From: Trichoplax sp. H2 | Lineage: Eukaryota | Direction: 5' to 3' | Length of the DNA stretch: 64,000 nucleotides | NCBI GenBank assembly: GCA_003344405.1 | Contig: NOWV01000014.1 | Location: 806,001-870,000, forward strand | In this document: one piece after another, positions 1-14,796 of the stretch | Layout: each line of letters begins with the position of its first letter | Numbering within the stretch: position 1 is the first letter of the stretch | Program-made: the position numbers and the translations under genes | The notes under the pieces: generated by a model | Database searches by the model: none | What the model saw: only the letters and a program-made list of their open reading frames with translations | What the model was told of the DNA's origin: nothing

Positions 1-3000
1 TGTGTTCAGGTTCACAATTACATTGATAAGTTGTGGGTGATTTTGTAGTACATGTGCCTCTTGGACATGGAGATGAGTAACATGGATCATCTAGAATCGA
101 AGGTTGTGGCGGAGTACAGACTCCGTCAATTAATTGTAGCATTAGCCTTAGTAATTAGTAATTAAGATTATATTAATTGTTAATAACATTTATTTATTGG
201 GTATGGGATAATTGTAACATTATTAGTAGTCTAGTTATACTTGTTGTAGACTCTGTGCAGAGTAGTGTATTTACAGAAATGATAACTAATAGTAATTTCT
301 GTTGCTTTGTGCTGAGCCTTTGATTGTTAATTGGCTCTTAATTAGTTCATAACTCATTAGTGTTGTTTACGCCGTCTGCCATACTAAACCATATAGACAG
401 TCGGCTATACAAAAGCTGTATACTTTTAGAGTTGTTTACCTAAGCTGTGCACCGAGTGCAACCGGGCTAGGGTATATAAAGCCCAGCGCTCTCACTAGCA
501 GTACAGTTGTCGATTGACCGTGTAGTTAGAGTAGTCTTGGATGGCAAGATTACCTTGTTTAAATAAACTATTTTAAAAGCCTAAGACTAGTCTACACTTA
601 GCCCGTTAGGGCATACTTGGCTGTTATAGCCTTAGTATTCGTACAGCTTCAAAGGCCCAGGTTTCCTTGTCGTGGGCTGATCACGACAAAGGTGCATTGG
701 AGTGATTAATTTGTAATTTTGTTTAAGGTAATAAATAAATCAATCTAAATCAACGCAACATACCGGCACATTGAATTCCGACCAGACTAAAGTAGTCGCA
801 AGATGGAGAGATCTTTGTATTTAGTTTACAGTCTAAGATGGAAGTTTCATTTCCGGAGCATAGAATACCAGCTGTAAATGAAAATGTGATAGCATATACC
901 GACGATAAGATGGCTTGAAATTACAACTAAGATAATCTAGCCGTAGTAGTAGATTTTACTTGACATCTAAATTAGTTCCGATGATGTTGTGATCTACATC
1001 TACTGTATAAATATTTTTGTGAAAGAATTTATTGCTACCATTTCCTTTCTAACAACGTTCAATTACTTCTCTTATTCTCGAAACATCGCTCGTGTTCATT
1101 TTACAGCTAATAATTTCATGATAGAATGATTACTATATCTTTCATTATTACTACGCTATTGCTTTGAGATAGGAAATTGTTTTACTAATTCTAGCAAACA
1201 GAATAAATTTGATCGGATCCATAGAAGCGAGATATTACAGGTCATGAAATGTATAGCACAGGTAGTAAAAGTCTTTCCTATTGATTCTAATATAGTATGT
1301 TAAGTAAATATACTATAAATTATGATCTTATGATGGCAATTTTATTATAAAAACGTTGGCGAAATTTATCCCATCTTAAAACATTAATAAATTGCTAATT
1401 CATAAAATAGCTAAATAAAAGAATATACTTGCATCTCTAACTTACAATAGAATATTTTTCCTGTGACATGACCATAGAAGCTCCTCTGGTAGCGATTTGC
1501 CATATAAGGATAATTTAGCTTCGAACAAATAAGCGAAGCAGCCGCGTTATTGAAGGTATTTTGATCACAGACACTGCCCCAAGTTCCATTGTGATATATT
1601 TGCAGCGTTCCTGCCATTACATTATTGCCTTGAGAAGATGTAAGCCTAACATCGCCTTCAGTCGCTCCTAAGTAAGCATAATGCTAGCTATTATTATACG
1701 CGTAAGTGCGCTCACGATACTTTATCGCAATGTTCTAATTATGATGCTAACTAGCGTATAATATATGGCTACTACGAATAATTTCAAGTTCTTTTACAGT
1801 TCTAACTAACTTTCTGTACAAAATCTTCCATGAAATCCTTGAGGACAATAGCAACTATATCCGTAAGGATGATCCAAACATGTGGCAGAATTACCACAAG
1901 GGTTATTATTGCATTCAATTTCTGTAATTTAAAAAGCAATGACATGTAATTATCGGTTATATTATAAACATTGAAGTCTATAGTGGCTTAGAAAATTTAA
2001 TGTTTACAATGCAATATTATGCAATCTTCTTATCACAACGTTAATTAATCACGATCATCAGCACCTACTTATATAAGAACTAAGATTTGAGATCTACAGT
2101 AAAAATACTAAATTTATGCATCTGCAACTTTTTAGCGGATATCAATCTAAAATTAATTGATATATTTACGAATAATGAATTGAGTAGTCTCTAAATAAAA
2201 TATCTTTAGAGGTTATTTTCATGCCAAACTACTGTACTTCAAAAAAGCTTAGCAGGTTTTATTACAGTGAAGAAAGATAGTGTGATCGCGATAGGATCTT
2301 ATAATTACTTAAATAAAGTTTCATACTATTTTTTAGAAATATTTTCAAATGGATAGCAATCAACTCCCCAAATTTTATAATTGAAATTAATACACGTGAC
2401 CAGCAATACTGCATAGTATATTGTTGTTCTGCAGCTATTTTTTATTGGCTCATCCTAATATATCATAAATTTAAATAATTTATATTTAAAAAGAAGCTTA
2501 CTTGATGAACAATCTTGGCCGGTGTAGCCAACGATGCAGACACAAGAATAAACGTTTATGTCGCCATTTACTAAAGTGCACTTTCCCCTTGAACTACAAG
2601 GGTTGTTTGAGCAAGCATCCGCTGTTATAAGAAATATAGAAGAAATTAGGATGTAAGCTGTATAATAAACTGTACTATCCAGTGAAGATTAGCAAATGGG
2701 AAATACAAGAGTAGTGCAGTGAAATGGACTTGTAATTTATTAATAATTAGATGACCAGTATGGCATAGCTAATATAGTCGGGATAATTTAGAATTACAGA
2801 GTACAGTTATTATATTGTATAAACTCCAGTATTATGTAAAAGTGATTATTCACGATTGATTTTATAGAATATAAAATTGGTATCGTAGAAATAGAGTTTA
2901 TTTCAGGGCTATTAAAATTCTATTCTTATTTAATTCTGTAAATATTAGAAAATGCTGTAAGCTTTAGTAAGGTCACGTATCCTAGTAGATTCAGATTTTA

Positions 3001-6000
3001 TTATAAATTAAGATATGATGATCTATTTAAAATATGATTAGGGTTGTAGAAGCATTTCTCATTGGATTTAGATTCGGCTTAACTGATACAAAGATTTCTT
3101 TACAAGGATAGTATAAAAGATACTGTTGCTTACAATACAATATAGTAAAATTTTTGGTAAAACCTTTACTTTCTATATTTGGATTATTGGTCGCTAATAA
3201 TTACTAATAGGTGTAGAAAACATTACTGAATTTCAGATATGAGACTGTGAATATTGGTAAGTACGGTAGTTTCAAATTCTTTTTAAGCTCTTCTTACAAA
3301 TATATCAAATTACAAGCCGGAATATAAAATTAATATATGAGTGGAAATGTTATAAATCAAATTTGCTGTTTTAATAAGCTGCTGTATCTGTATACTTGCT
3401 TTATAAATGAGATTCATTATTTAATGAGGCAGTGTACCTGTACATTCGAGTCCGACAACGTCATTGGATCTGCACTTAATGTTATCAAATGATTTAATAT
3501 TACAATTTGCCAGTCTTGCTTCACTTCCATTGCAGGTTACACTGTTTAGCCAATAGCTTCCAAAATATCTCCCATCCCATCGTCTCTGTTTTAATCCCAA
3601 AAATCCTAATTGCCTACAGGCAACCTGGGCTTCTCTGTAGGTGAATTCATAATTGCATACAGCTCTCCATTTATTCTTGTGAAAAATTTCTAAGATGCGT
3701 GTTTTGCGTGAGTAATTCACCAAGCGTAAGGCCAAATCGCTTACTAACAATTAACAGAAGATAATTAATAAGTGCCTGTAAGCATCTACCATCTAAATGT
3801 ATAACAAATTTCTCTATAATATATTAGGATATTTATATATAAATATTTATTTACTTGTGCATAAAATTCTTCGTAACGTATATGTATGGTACCGGTAGAT
3901 ATTATCTACGTTAGAAGATGATACAAGGCATTCTATTATAACATACCAGATACACAATGTTTCCCGGTGTACGGTGATTTACATCGACAAATATAGTTTG
4001 TAGAGTCTGCCAAACAAGTTCCTCCATTTTGACAGGGAGATCGTTGGCATAGCTTTGCTAGAATTTTGTTGTACGAGTGCAATAATTAGAGTTATACAGA
4101 TTTAGTAAATAGAAATACTCCAGAAGTGTATAGCAATGCTAATGTGATAACCTCATATATTAAAAAATTGAGGATGCTGTCATTCCTAACAATCATTAAC
4201 TATAGTGTCATTTGTCACCGATCTCCTTAATTCTCCATTACTTACTGCTGCATAATATGCTGACATCATTGGCATGAGAACAATCAGATTTCTCAATATT
4301 AACCGGTTGGATATTGCAAATTCTAACATTCGGCTCATTGCCACTGCAGTTAGTTGACAAAACGACAGTGTTACTGCCTTTACCAAAATATGCATCGGGC
4401 ATAAACTTAGAAAATGTAAGATTTAATTGACGGCAGAGAACCATCCCATCGTTAACAGTTATTAATTTACTACATAATGTTCCCCATTGCTTGTTATGAT
4501 AAATTTCTACTCGGCCTTCGGTAGTATTAGCGCCATTGAGAAGACGAATATCCCCTTGTATTGCCGGTCCTTCAAGTTTAGTAGAATCATAATCGAAACA
4601 TATTAATCAAAGAAGTTCAGAATAATTCAAAATTTGATGAAACTTTTTGTCCATATTCTGGATCTAACCTATGTAGTTTTCACAAAGTATCCCAGAGTAA
4701 AATGGGGTGCATATGCATTTGTATCCATAAAACATATTTTTGCATGTTCCACCATTGCTGCACGTTATTTCAGAACAAGGATTTAGTACTACAATAGATT
4801 AAATGAAATTAAAAAGGCTTGATTTTAATTTTAAATTGATTATTTGTTAAAGTATACCTAGTCTAGTATTGTATTGATAGAATAAGAGATACAAGTTACC
4901 ATTAGCCGGTATTAGAAATATACTATTATCCTTTCAGCTTTAACACAAACTTACATTGATTGCATATAATAGCAACATCATTGCTATGATCACAAACAGA
5001 CTCAGCACTACTTGAATCATATTGGCAAGCAGTTAACGATGGTTCATAACCAGAGCAACGAACATTAACCATGCCTATCTTTCCAGTTGCTGAGCTATGA
5101 TAGGAGCTGATGTAGTTAGCTTTGGCCCAGCCAAGTTGCTGACAAATAACGTTGGCAGCACCTTCGGAGAAATTTCTATGGCACACGGTTTGCCAGCTGC
5201 CTTGCAAAAAAATTTCAACGCGACCAAAAGACCCATCACTATCAGCTTCTGGAATGATATTAGCGTCACCATTTTTAGGTGGACCTGTAAAATTAGGTTA
5301 TTCTCAGTACGGTGATTCTAATTTGAATTAAATAAGTTAAATTTAATAACTAGACTTTATTTACTTAGTAATTTACCGTGATAATATCACGTATACAAAA
5401 ACTAGGACAATATCGTTTAATTCTAATTTTGAAAGCTTGTAGTACTTTTTATCTTTATTGATGATATCATTAGTAAATCTGAAAATTAGCCGCTCAAAAA
5501 TTACAGGTGCAATATTATTTTTATTGATTAATTATTAGTAATGTATTCGTAGGGAGTTTTTCAAACACTATTTAGTAAATAAAATGCGCTATAGCTATCT
5601 TATTCGATTTATCGCGATGAAGAAGTTCACTAGTTAATATAATGTATCATTTTGTAAATATCGTCAGCGGAATTATGCTTACTTTAAAGTTAAATTATAT
5701 TTCTTAAAATGCAGTCCCGTAAATATTCGTAATCACTAATTTTCGCCAATAACTACCGAATGATGTTTCAATAGAAATAATTTTAAATTACAGTAAAAAA
5801 AATTTGTGGTTTGTGTTCAGTAAGAGATAAAGAAATAAGTGTAATGAACATGACTAATAACCGTAAAGCTTATTTAAATAAATTACTGAATTGACAGAGT
5901 AGCTGGAATGCGACATTTAAAGCATTTCTTAAAAGATTAAATTAATTAAAACTATAGCCTTACCGTGTTCACAACGAATTCCATAGTAATTATTGAGACA

Positions 6001-9000
6001 CTGGCATTTGTAATAATTGAATAAATTGGTGCATAAGCCACCGTTCATGCAAGGTTCACTATCGCATGATGTTTTGTATTGACAGAGACGCCCATGATAG
6101 CCAGGATTACAATGACAAAATTGGGTATAGTAAGTTTTACCATCCACTTTGCTACTGTTATATCTGCATTGCCCATGAACACAGTTATTTGGCTTGCAAG
6201 GAGTGTCTGGAACGTACAAAAACGTATTTGTATTAGTTATTTCCAGATTAATATCAATAATTTTAGTGTAACTTACTAGAACAGGCAATGTTTGTGCGAC
6301 GGTAGCAATTAATCCCATTTAAGCCGTATGTAAATCTGCATTGGGAAATTTTAGTTTCATTTCCAGTACATTTCATACTGTAGACCCAAACTTTATGTAT
6401 GTTACTGCAACATTCTAATGAAAGAGATGTAACATAACCCAGTTGCCGGCAGATTACATTAGCTTCGGTAGTTGTTATTTTATCGTGGCAGAAGGCACCC
6501 CAGACTCCTTCGTGATAAACCAAGGGTGTTCCTTTCACAGTATGATTGATATTTGATGTTGCGAATAATGCTAAAGTTCCATCTGCCCTAGGAACTAATA
6601 CAGGATGATTAAAATAACGAATAGCGTGAGTTTGTTATTATTTTAAATTCATAATAGGACTTGATAAAGCTGATGTTATGCGTAAAGGAGGACTGTGTAA
6701 TGCAAGGATGGGTCGTAACTAACCAATAATGGCGATAACCTACACAAATGATTTGATGAAATACTGTATGCAATATAACTGTTATTAAAAGTTAGGTATT
6801 ATTATTAAGAATAAATAGATTTAAAAAAAATTATGCTATCCTATAATTCGCCTGAAAGAGCTTGTGATAACACTTTGTTTGATTTACGCAAATATTTTGA
6901 ATGAAAATAGGTTTCCTAATATTCAGTATTGGATGACGAAGGACATTATTACGATGATAAAGATAGTAGGAAAATATCGTTACCGTAAGAAGAACTGATG
7001 TGAATTTAAGAAATTTATTTTACATTCTACGATAAGGGATATCTACCGATAGGAGTTTGGCACTTGCTTCCAGTATAACCAGCTTTACAGTAGCACGTTG
7101 GTCTATAAAAGGCATTGGATTTACAGTATCGGTTTATTCTGCTACACAGATTTACGGCTGTATTTCCGCAATTGCTGCCACCTAAGGATGATGAATAGTG
7201 TAAGTCAATGAAAGAATAGAAATGAAAATTTTATTTTCTATTTATTAGCTATCATGTAGCACGAAATTTCTACCAATTGACAGTTAAGGAAGAATTACCA
7301 TAGCAAGAAATATATAAATCTTGCGAATGATTTTGGCAATACTGTGGCACATTATACCAACCGCCGGTATTACATCCAGTAATTTTCCATTCCGTTCCTA
7401 AACATCTAACGTTATGTAACATGACGGGACCATAGCCGAAAAATGTTGTTCTTTGGCCTTGAGCGGAATAATATCCATAAAATCCTAGTAGTAGGCAGAT
7501 TTTTTTGTAAGTTGTCGTGCTGAAACCAGAGCGGCAAAGTACTCCCCACGTGCCGTTATGGTACACTTGCACTATTCCTTTACGTTCACTAGTACCAGCT
7601 AGTCGTAGATCTCCGTTCTTTGCAGTATTACCTAAATTGCATAATAGGGATGAAATGGGAGTATTAACTATTAAATTCGTGTTATCAAAATACTATCTTG
7701 CTTCTTACCTGAACAAGATAGAGTTAAGTCAAAAGAATGTCCACATCTGTCACGTCCATGTACTGCCAGAACTCGGTACGCGCAATCTTTAACTGAATTT
7801 TCATTACCTTTACAATTAAGTTGATACGAGGCAGCATTTGAGGCACTTTGACCAAATACAGGTGTGGGAAATGCATTTGCGAAAGTGTAACCCAATTGTT
7901 TACAAATAACTCTCATATCATTTAGAGATGTTTTGCGAAGGCACACGGCGGCCCAGTTATTATGTAAATAAATTTCCACGCGCCCGCTTAATGGATTAGT
8001 GCCGTTGACCAGACGCACTGAACCAAGTATTGGACCTTGAAATTTTAGAATGTTAAATTCTATTAGTAGTAAGCCTATTACGTTCTGGTCTAGTAAAAAT
8101 ATGTATTAGCATTAAACATTAACATTGAAGTTGTTTAATATCTTTGTTTACGGCAGGATTATGTGACTGTTGAAGGAATATTTGACTGCTTTGGCTTAGA
8201 GGGTGAGAGTTTTTGCCAAAATCGTTTGAATGATAATGTACTGCACTGTATATCGTAACTTTAATAACAAGTATTGTTTGTAGCTCCTTTATTTACTGTC
8301 ATGGTGAGCTGTTACAGTTTGAAAAAAAACCTACTCGATGAAAGTTGACAGTTTTTGCCCTTAAACTGGTTTGTACATTTGCAATAATATCCGTAAAATC
8401 TAGGTAAACATGTACCACCGTTAGTACACGGATTTGAAGAGCACGGCTTTATTGCTAGAGAAATTGATAAATAGCAAATGCTTGTAATTAATCATAAAAG
8501 TTTTTTTTGAATAAACATTAACTGATCGTAGATCTACTTTTTCTAATTAAATTGAGAATTGATAAATACTTGAACAGTAGACTCCGGCAAAATTGTGGAA
8601 GCAATATGAACTTCTAGACGGATCACTTCCAGGACAATCGAATATAGATGACTCGTAACCTGTACATTTCATATTTATCATTCCAGATGATGTAGGTGGT
8701 ATTCCAAACGCTGTACCTGTAGTAAAACTTGTAGCACCTGCAAAGCCAGCTTGCTGGCACACTACATGAGCATCTAATAATGAAAAATAGGTAGAGCAGA
8801 TAGGTCTCCACAGACCATTATAAAAATATTGAGGGCGTCCAACATTAATATCATTTGGTTTTCCTTCGACTATGACTAAGGTGCCGTTTAGTATTGGTCC
8901 TACAGTAAGTAAACGCATAAAGGTTACTGTAAGTTTTATTGGCAAACATTACAGTTCGTAATCGTAGAATGGCATATTAAATAGCTTATAAAGTGTTGAT

Positions 9001-12000
9001 TACAGCATGCATATATACATTTATAAGAGTATTTAAATTTCTATGAGTGTAAAAGCCTTCACTTTACCCTTTTCGCATGTTTTTCCCAGATAGCTCGAGG
9101 TACATTTACACGAAAACGATATTGAATCCAAAAGCGAACAAATACCTCGATTTTGACACGGATTTGGGTTACAGAAATTCTTATACTGACAATAGTCGCC
9201 GTAAAAGCCCTCTATACATTGACATTGGATAGCAATCGCGCTAATCCCAGCGACAGAGGTTTGATTTAGAGAACAATTACCGTTATTAAGACATGGATTT
9301 GGCTGACAACTGGCATCTAACAATTCAATTAATGGAAAAATAAAGTTGAGCTGAATACGATTAAAATGCTACTTTAGCAATTGCATTATATAATTTTTAA
9401 TCAGACTTACTGATACATTCAACTTTATAACGACTACAAATAGCAGCGTCCGTTTTATATCGATATAAGCAATCTGTTATCTTAGATTCATTGCCAAAGC
9501 AACGCATTGAGCTAACCCAAACTTTCAGTGACGGTATTCTACGGTCACAGCAATAAGATCTTCTATAACCAATAGTATAACCCAACTGCTTACAAGCAAT
9601 TACAGCGATTCTTTCGCTATATTGGTAACAAACTGCTCCCCAAGCGCCATTATGAAAAATTTCGATTGCTCCTTTCGCCGTATTAATTTGAGAGGCTTTA
9701 GAAACATTATACCAATCATATACACGAATTGAACTTTCCAGAGGTTGAGTGACTGTCGAGAATAGTTCGATATTGTGGTTATTTTCGTTTTTTATGTATT
9801 TATAGCGCTTTACTAGATTATAATATATACGGATTCCAAGATAAAGTCATATATACTTAAGAAAGTAATTTCTGTGCAAAATGTAAGTTCTGTTTTAACC
9901 TATAAATAGCTTACTGATTGGAATTGTACAATTTTCGCCTGTGTAGCCATATCTACATACACATTGACCAGCAGAAGGCAACCCTTGCGAACGGCGACAA
10001 ATTTTGTTTTCAACGGCACAAAGTGCACTCTTGTCCGCACTACAAGAAAGTGCAGCTGTATAGGAATGAATTTTTTGTTTTGAGTAATTATTGCATTAGT
10101 AGTTAGGTTAATTAGCCAATCGATAATGGCGATATAAAGTTCATTAGACTAAGCTAATAATAGTAAAACCATATGACAGGTATAGCCACTCTTGTTGACA
10201 AATACACAGTAGACAATAATATTATACGACAGTATACCGGTATTACCTATTACTATGAATGTAGTAGAATGAGAATTCTCACTTTTATACAATGTTACTA
10301 TAAGTATATACCTAAACTGAAATTATATCTAATAATAACTGTCGTGTTGCTAAAAAAGTATTGGCTTTAAATTTTGATTTTGAGGAATTTACAGTTTTCG
10401 CCATTAGTTTGACACAAATCTCCAATCTAACCGTTTATATGCCTGTTACCGTCCAAGTACGAAATCCAGTCAATTCGCGAAATGCCTAGTCAATTCGCCT
10501 AGTCAGTTCGCGAAATGCCTAGTCAATTTGCGAAATGCCCAAATATATTTCTTTGCTGATTGCGTCAATTCGCTTGCGAAATTTGTAGCTTTTGAACAAA
10601 TTTACGACATTCTAGCAGTATCTAGCTCATAACAATAGCACATAGCACCTAACAACGGGGAAAGACCGGGTACTGCCGGGAATGAACAGTAACTTCGGTC
10701 AATCCCGGGATTGGCCGGTTATTCCTGGAAATTCCCGGCCTATCTCAGGAATGAAAAACATGCCCATTCCAGTATAATGTATTGAAAGTCAAACCACTAT
10801 CGTCACGGAAAGGTCTGTAAACTTCCCTTACAATAGATTAATCTGTTGCGAGCTATTAAAGTCTATATACTTACGTCTACATCTGACAAAGATTAAGTCA
10901 TCATTGGGACATTCAAGAGAATGGTTGCCGATATTGGCGTAATTGCACATCAGAATTGATGATTCACGACCACTACATAGTATGTGATCTATTAAAGGAC
11001 TGGTTTCTGCTGCTTTCGATTTATACTTGTGATACATGTTTACACCAAAGTAGCCTAACTGTCTACAAATGACATTAGAAACAAAGAGGTTGTAATAGTG
11101 TTGCAATTGCAGACAAATTCCTCCCCAAACACCATGGTAATAAACTTGAGCTAATCCGGAACCAGCTCTATCCGAGTCAATCAGGCGCACGTCTCCGTTT
11201 TGCTCAGGTCCTATAATAAATTTCGTACGCCTTTGCTTTTAGTATCTTGCGAAGTTTGCGATAGTAATCGATTGTAAGATATACGAAGGTTTCTGACTTC
11301 AATTTTGTTAGTTTCAGCTGTCGGAGTATTAGTACTTCGTGAGCTACTTCACGACAGCCTAGATAACGCCCTACATTAACTGCTATACTCAATATAAATT
11401 GGAATCTCTAATACTGAATACGTTTTCTACTGAAGTCTTAGTATAATTTTCGGAAATGGCGCCTATTTCCGCTCATGCCTGTTCATTGAAATATTTATCA
11501 CAATTACGAAAAACTTACCCTATTGCAAAGTTAAGTGTAAACTACAGAGGTAGTAGTCTGGCGGAAGCTGTTATTCATTTCAGAATATCAAGCAACCAAG
11601 TAAAGTAAAACTAAGCAATTTATTTGTTAAGTACGTACTATACTATAGTGCAACAAACTGGCATAAAATAAGACTAATTGTAGCCAATGTAGCCTAAATT
11701 GATTAGGTACTATACGGAACAATATGCTATATTAATACTACTTATACAACATTGTAGCCATTGAGCATCTTAACGTTAATAAGGAAGTGCGCTATTAATT
11801 GCAATGCACCATGCAAGCCTCAGCTAAAGCTTGTCGAATGAATATAGCAATAAAATATTGGAAAAAGTTTGAACGCACTTATTTGACATCGATTTCCTTG
11901 AAAAGGAAACAAGCACTGGCAAAAGAAACCATTTTCCTTAGCTTTACAGATTCCACGATTCATACATGGATTTCCATTACAAGGTGAATCTATTCGATAT

Positions 12001-14796
12001 TGACAATCTATATTAGATATTTTATATGGGGTCTGAAATCTTGTATAAACGTTCATTATTCCAATTCTATTCTGTAGCAAATGAAAAAAGTACCGCTATA
12101 GTACCATAGATTTTGTAATATTAGCCACTATCACAATTACTTTCTTAAATGTTAAACTGATTATTCTATGCCATAGACTTTTACTGGTAAGCTTATAGCA
12201 TACCTCCAAGACCCATCACCACTATAACTAATTAAAATCGTCACAGATATGTGCGTGCACATAGCATGTTTTACAAGAATTGATAAACAATTTCCGTTTT
12301 AGAGTAAAAGTAACAGTTCAAAGCAATATTTTTGGTTTTATTGGAAATTATACGTACATAATTTACACGTTTTGCCAGTGTATGGGAATGGACAATGGCA
12401 GGAATAATTGGCACCACCACCTTGGCTTATGCAAGTACCGTTATTACGACAGGGGTTAGATGAACAGGCAATGGCTATAATAATAAATAGTAGAACACGA
12501 AATTAATTTGAGTATTTAAGGCATAAAAAATTTATTAAGGATGCTCTACACTCGGGTTGTTAACATTTTCAAAAGGAGAAAGCTTTTATAGGAAAATTTC
12601 TCAATATTATAATCTTCCATTTACTTGTTTCACATCTTTCTCCGGAATATGGATAGGGGCAGCTACAATTATACGCTTTATTGTTGTAGTAGGTCGTGCA
12701 AGTTCCACCATTTTGGCATGGATTTAGGCTTGAACATAATTGGGTATCTGGGTGAAGAAATGATGAAAGCGATTAAAAAAGTTGAAAAATAAACAACCTA
12801 ATTAAAGACCTAAAATTTTAAGGTCTATCACAAGTAAATATGAAAAAAATTCATGCATATTGAGATCATCATGAGTATAGTGTACTGTAGTTGATTATAT
12901 GCTTTCTTATAACTGCTTTTTTACGGAATACACAATAATGAGAACATTTTAGTAACTTTTTAAAATTTTATTTATCTTCAGTTCTTTGAGCATTGTAGTA
13001 TATGTTTCATTATAGTTCGATTACTCATTTTGATACAACTACGTATGGAAGACATTTCTTGCAAATAAGACTGGCTCCGATTAATAAATTAAACCAAAGA
13101 CTAAAGAAAGTAGCCTCATATTACATTACATACCTATTTGGCTACAATTTCTTCCAACTTTTCCAGAAGGACAAGAACAAGTATAAGTGGAGTAAGAGAA
13201 ATAGTTGAAGCAAATTCCACTACTACATGGGTTGTCATTACACTTTCCGCGACATTTTTGATCTGCAGTAGTAAAATGTATGTCTTTTGTCAATCGTAGA
13301 AAATAATAATGAAATATTATATCTGTCTTCATGTATCTATCTTAAGTAGATTGAAATAATTCTGCTAATTGATCTTCTCTGAAGTGAAATACTGTTTACC
13401 ATCTTTAAGGACAACCATTACTGATGTAAAGTGATACGGTTCACTTGATATTTATTTTAGTGTATTTTGCTTACTTGGAATATTTAATGCTGCATTATAG
13501 CATTCTTGATTATGAACTCCTTTAGGGCAGGAACAAATGTAGCCTGGCCCTGCAGTAGTAGCAAAGGAAACACATTTGCCAACTCGGCATGGATTACTAA
13601 GACAAGGACTATTCCTGCCATTACTATCTGGTAAATATCGGTGAAGAGACAGAGAATTAAACAATAAAAAAAATAATTATACTGGTAAAATTAGAGTAAA
13701 TTGAGAATATATAGCCTATTAGCGATACGATTACAAATATAATTATATCACGATATAAAATAGCAGTGTCAATGATAAGACAAATAAATACGAGATATTA
13801 TTACGATTATTTGTCTGCCGGAAAAAATCAATTTTTGAGAGAGTTTCAAGATTAAGCTTTAAAATAACTTACCAGTTTGGCAATTTTCGCCGGAGTAACC
13901 CGCATAACAAAGACAAATTTGGGTCCCATTTATAGTTACACAAGCACCCTGTATACAAACTTTATCCGCACAGGTTTGAACTAGACCATTTTCAAAAAGT
14001 AGAGATGAATCATGCAATTTGATATTTTAATTCTAGAAGAGGATCTTGCTACGAAAAATGATAGTTTTAACTAGTAAAATAATTATAGCCTCTTATAATG
14101 CTATAAATTGTTTTTTTATGTCTCTTTGTATAGAAAAAACATGAGTGATGCCTATACTTTTGGTTAGATATACATACTGGTGTAAGTTTAACCGATGATA
14201 TAATTTTTTGTATCTTAAATTATCCAGTATTAAAGGTACTTTCCTGATGCTACTTGGTGGAATTTATTTGTAAATCAAATAACAATGTGATACACCCAAT
14301 ACTTTACTTTTAGTGAGAAATGTTCTTTTTAATACTATAGATTTAATTTTGTCTCTATCACCATTGTGCTATCTGAGAATACCGTAATCAATAGGAAGTT
14401 AGGCTAGCTAGCTAGTAGAAGTCCGATAATAAGCTGCCTTATGTTATGAAATCACTTGAATATTTGCATATATTTTACAAAAGAGAATTAATTATTGGAA
14501 ATAATTTGTAATTGTAGAATAGATTTAGTTGTTAAAAGTGGTTGAGATCAGCTGACAGTTACGAACTTAAATATATAAGTACACTAAATTTATTGTTAAT
14601 TAAATAAGTCAGCTATAGTTATATGTATTACATCGATTAGAATAAAAAAATTTAAGTAAAACGATCAGCTAGCTATGTTATTCAGCTCCTGTGATGAAAT
14701 TTAACGAAGTAAATACTTGAAATATTAATGGAACTTACTTGTAGGTGAGATATCAGCAGTTTTACGTCCTATTTCAGCGTATGTTAAAGAAGCGAA
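1..14796 (-). CDS. Gene D: EGF/SRCR multidomain receptor, 5' part (6 EGF, then SRCR1-10 interleaved with EGF); continues past the left edge; paralog of gene C
   Basis: Phase-1 GT-AG exons. Leader-like exon 14739-14796 ([19 protein letters not shown], lower confidence). EGF ~13873-13980, ~13476-13627, ~13134-13262, ~12625-12746, ~12359-12475, ~11879-11989. SRCR ~10875-11210, ~9411-9752, ~8570-8898, ~7709-8035, ~7299-7631, ~6276-6594, ~4956-5285, ~4246-4570, ~3438-3742, and a split SRCR 1446-1667 + 764-871. Intervening EGF exons at ~9915, ~9069 (x2), ~8335, ~7048, ~5965 (x2), ~4669, ~3946, ~2502, ~1811 and 1-90. SRCR motifs G.VE.Y....W..VC and VIC.QLG are present. The start codon was not found. 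Confidence 0.9.
105..688 (+). mobile_element. Solo LTR (584 bp) in an intron of gene D
   Basis: Starts TGTGGCG and ends CACGACA (TG...CA). Flanked by a 5-bp direct repeat AAGGT (100-104, 689-693). Contains TATATAAA at 473-480 and AATAAA at 562-567 in U3-R-U5 order. The equivalent intron of gene C (~30469-30570) is only ~100 bp, similar to this intron once the insert is removed. Confidence 0.85.
473..567 (+). promoter_or_regulatory. LTR TATA box and polyadenylation signal, antisense to gene D
   Basis: TATATAAA at 473-480 and AATAAA at 562-567 inside the solo LTR. Confidence 0.55.
10446..10813. repeat. Intronic non-autonomous transposon-like insert with a 20-bp tandem subrepeat and a GC-rich CCGGGAATG-type segment
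   Basis: AGTCAATTCGCGAAATGCCT-type units at 10468-10487, 10488-10500 (truncated), 10501-10520 and 10521-10540. GC-rich block ~10657-10770. This intron is ~820 bp versus ~360 bp for the equivalent intron of gene C. Confidence 0.55.

Noticed and set aside
10468-10540. 20-bp repeats as a CRISPR array
   Set aside because: The units are contiguous with no spacers, no cas genes are present, and the context is a eukaryotic intron.
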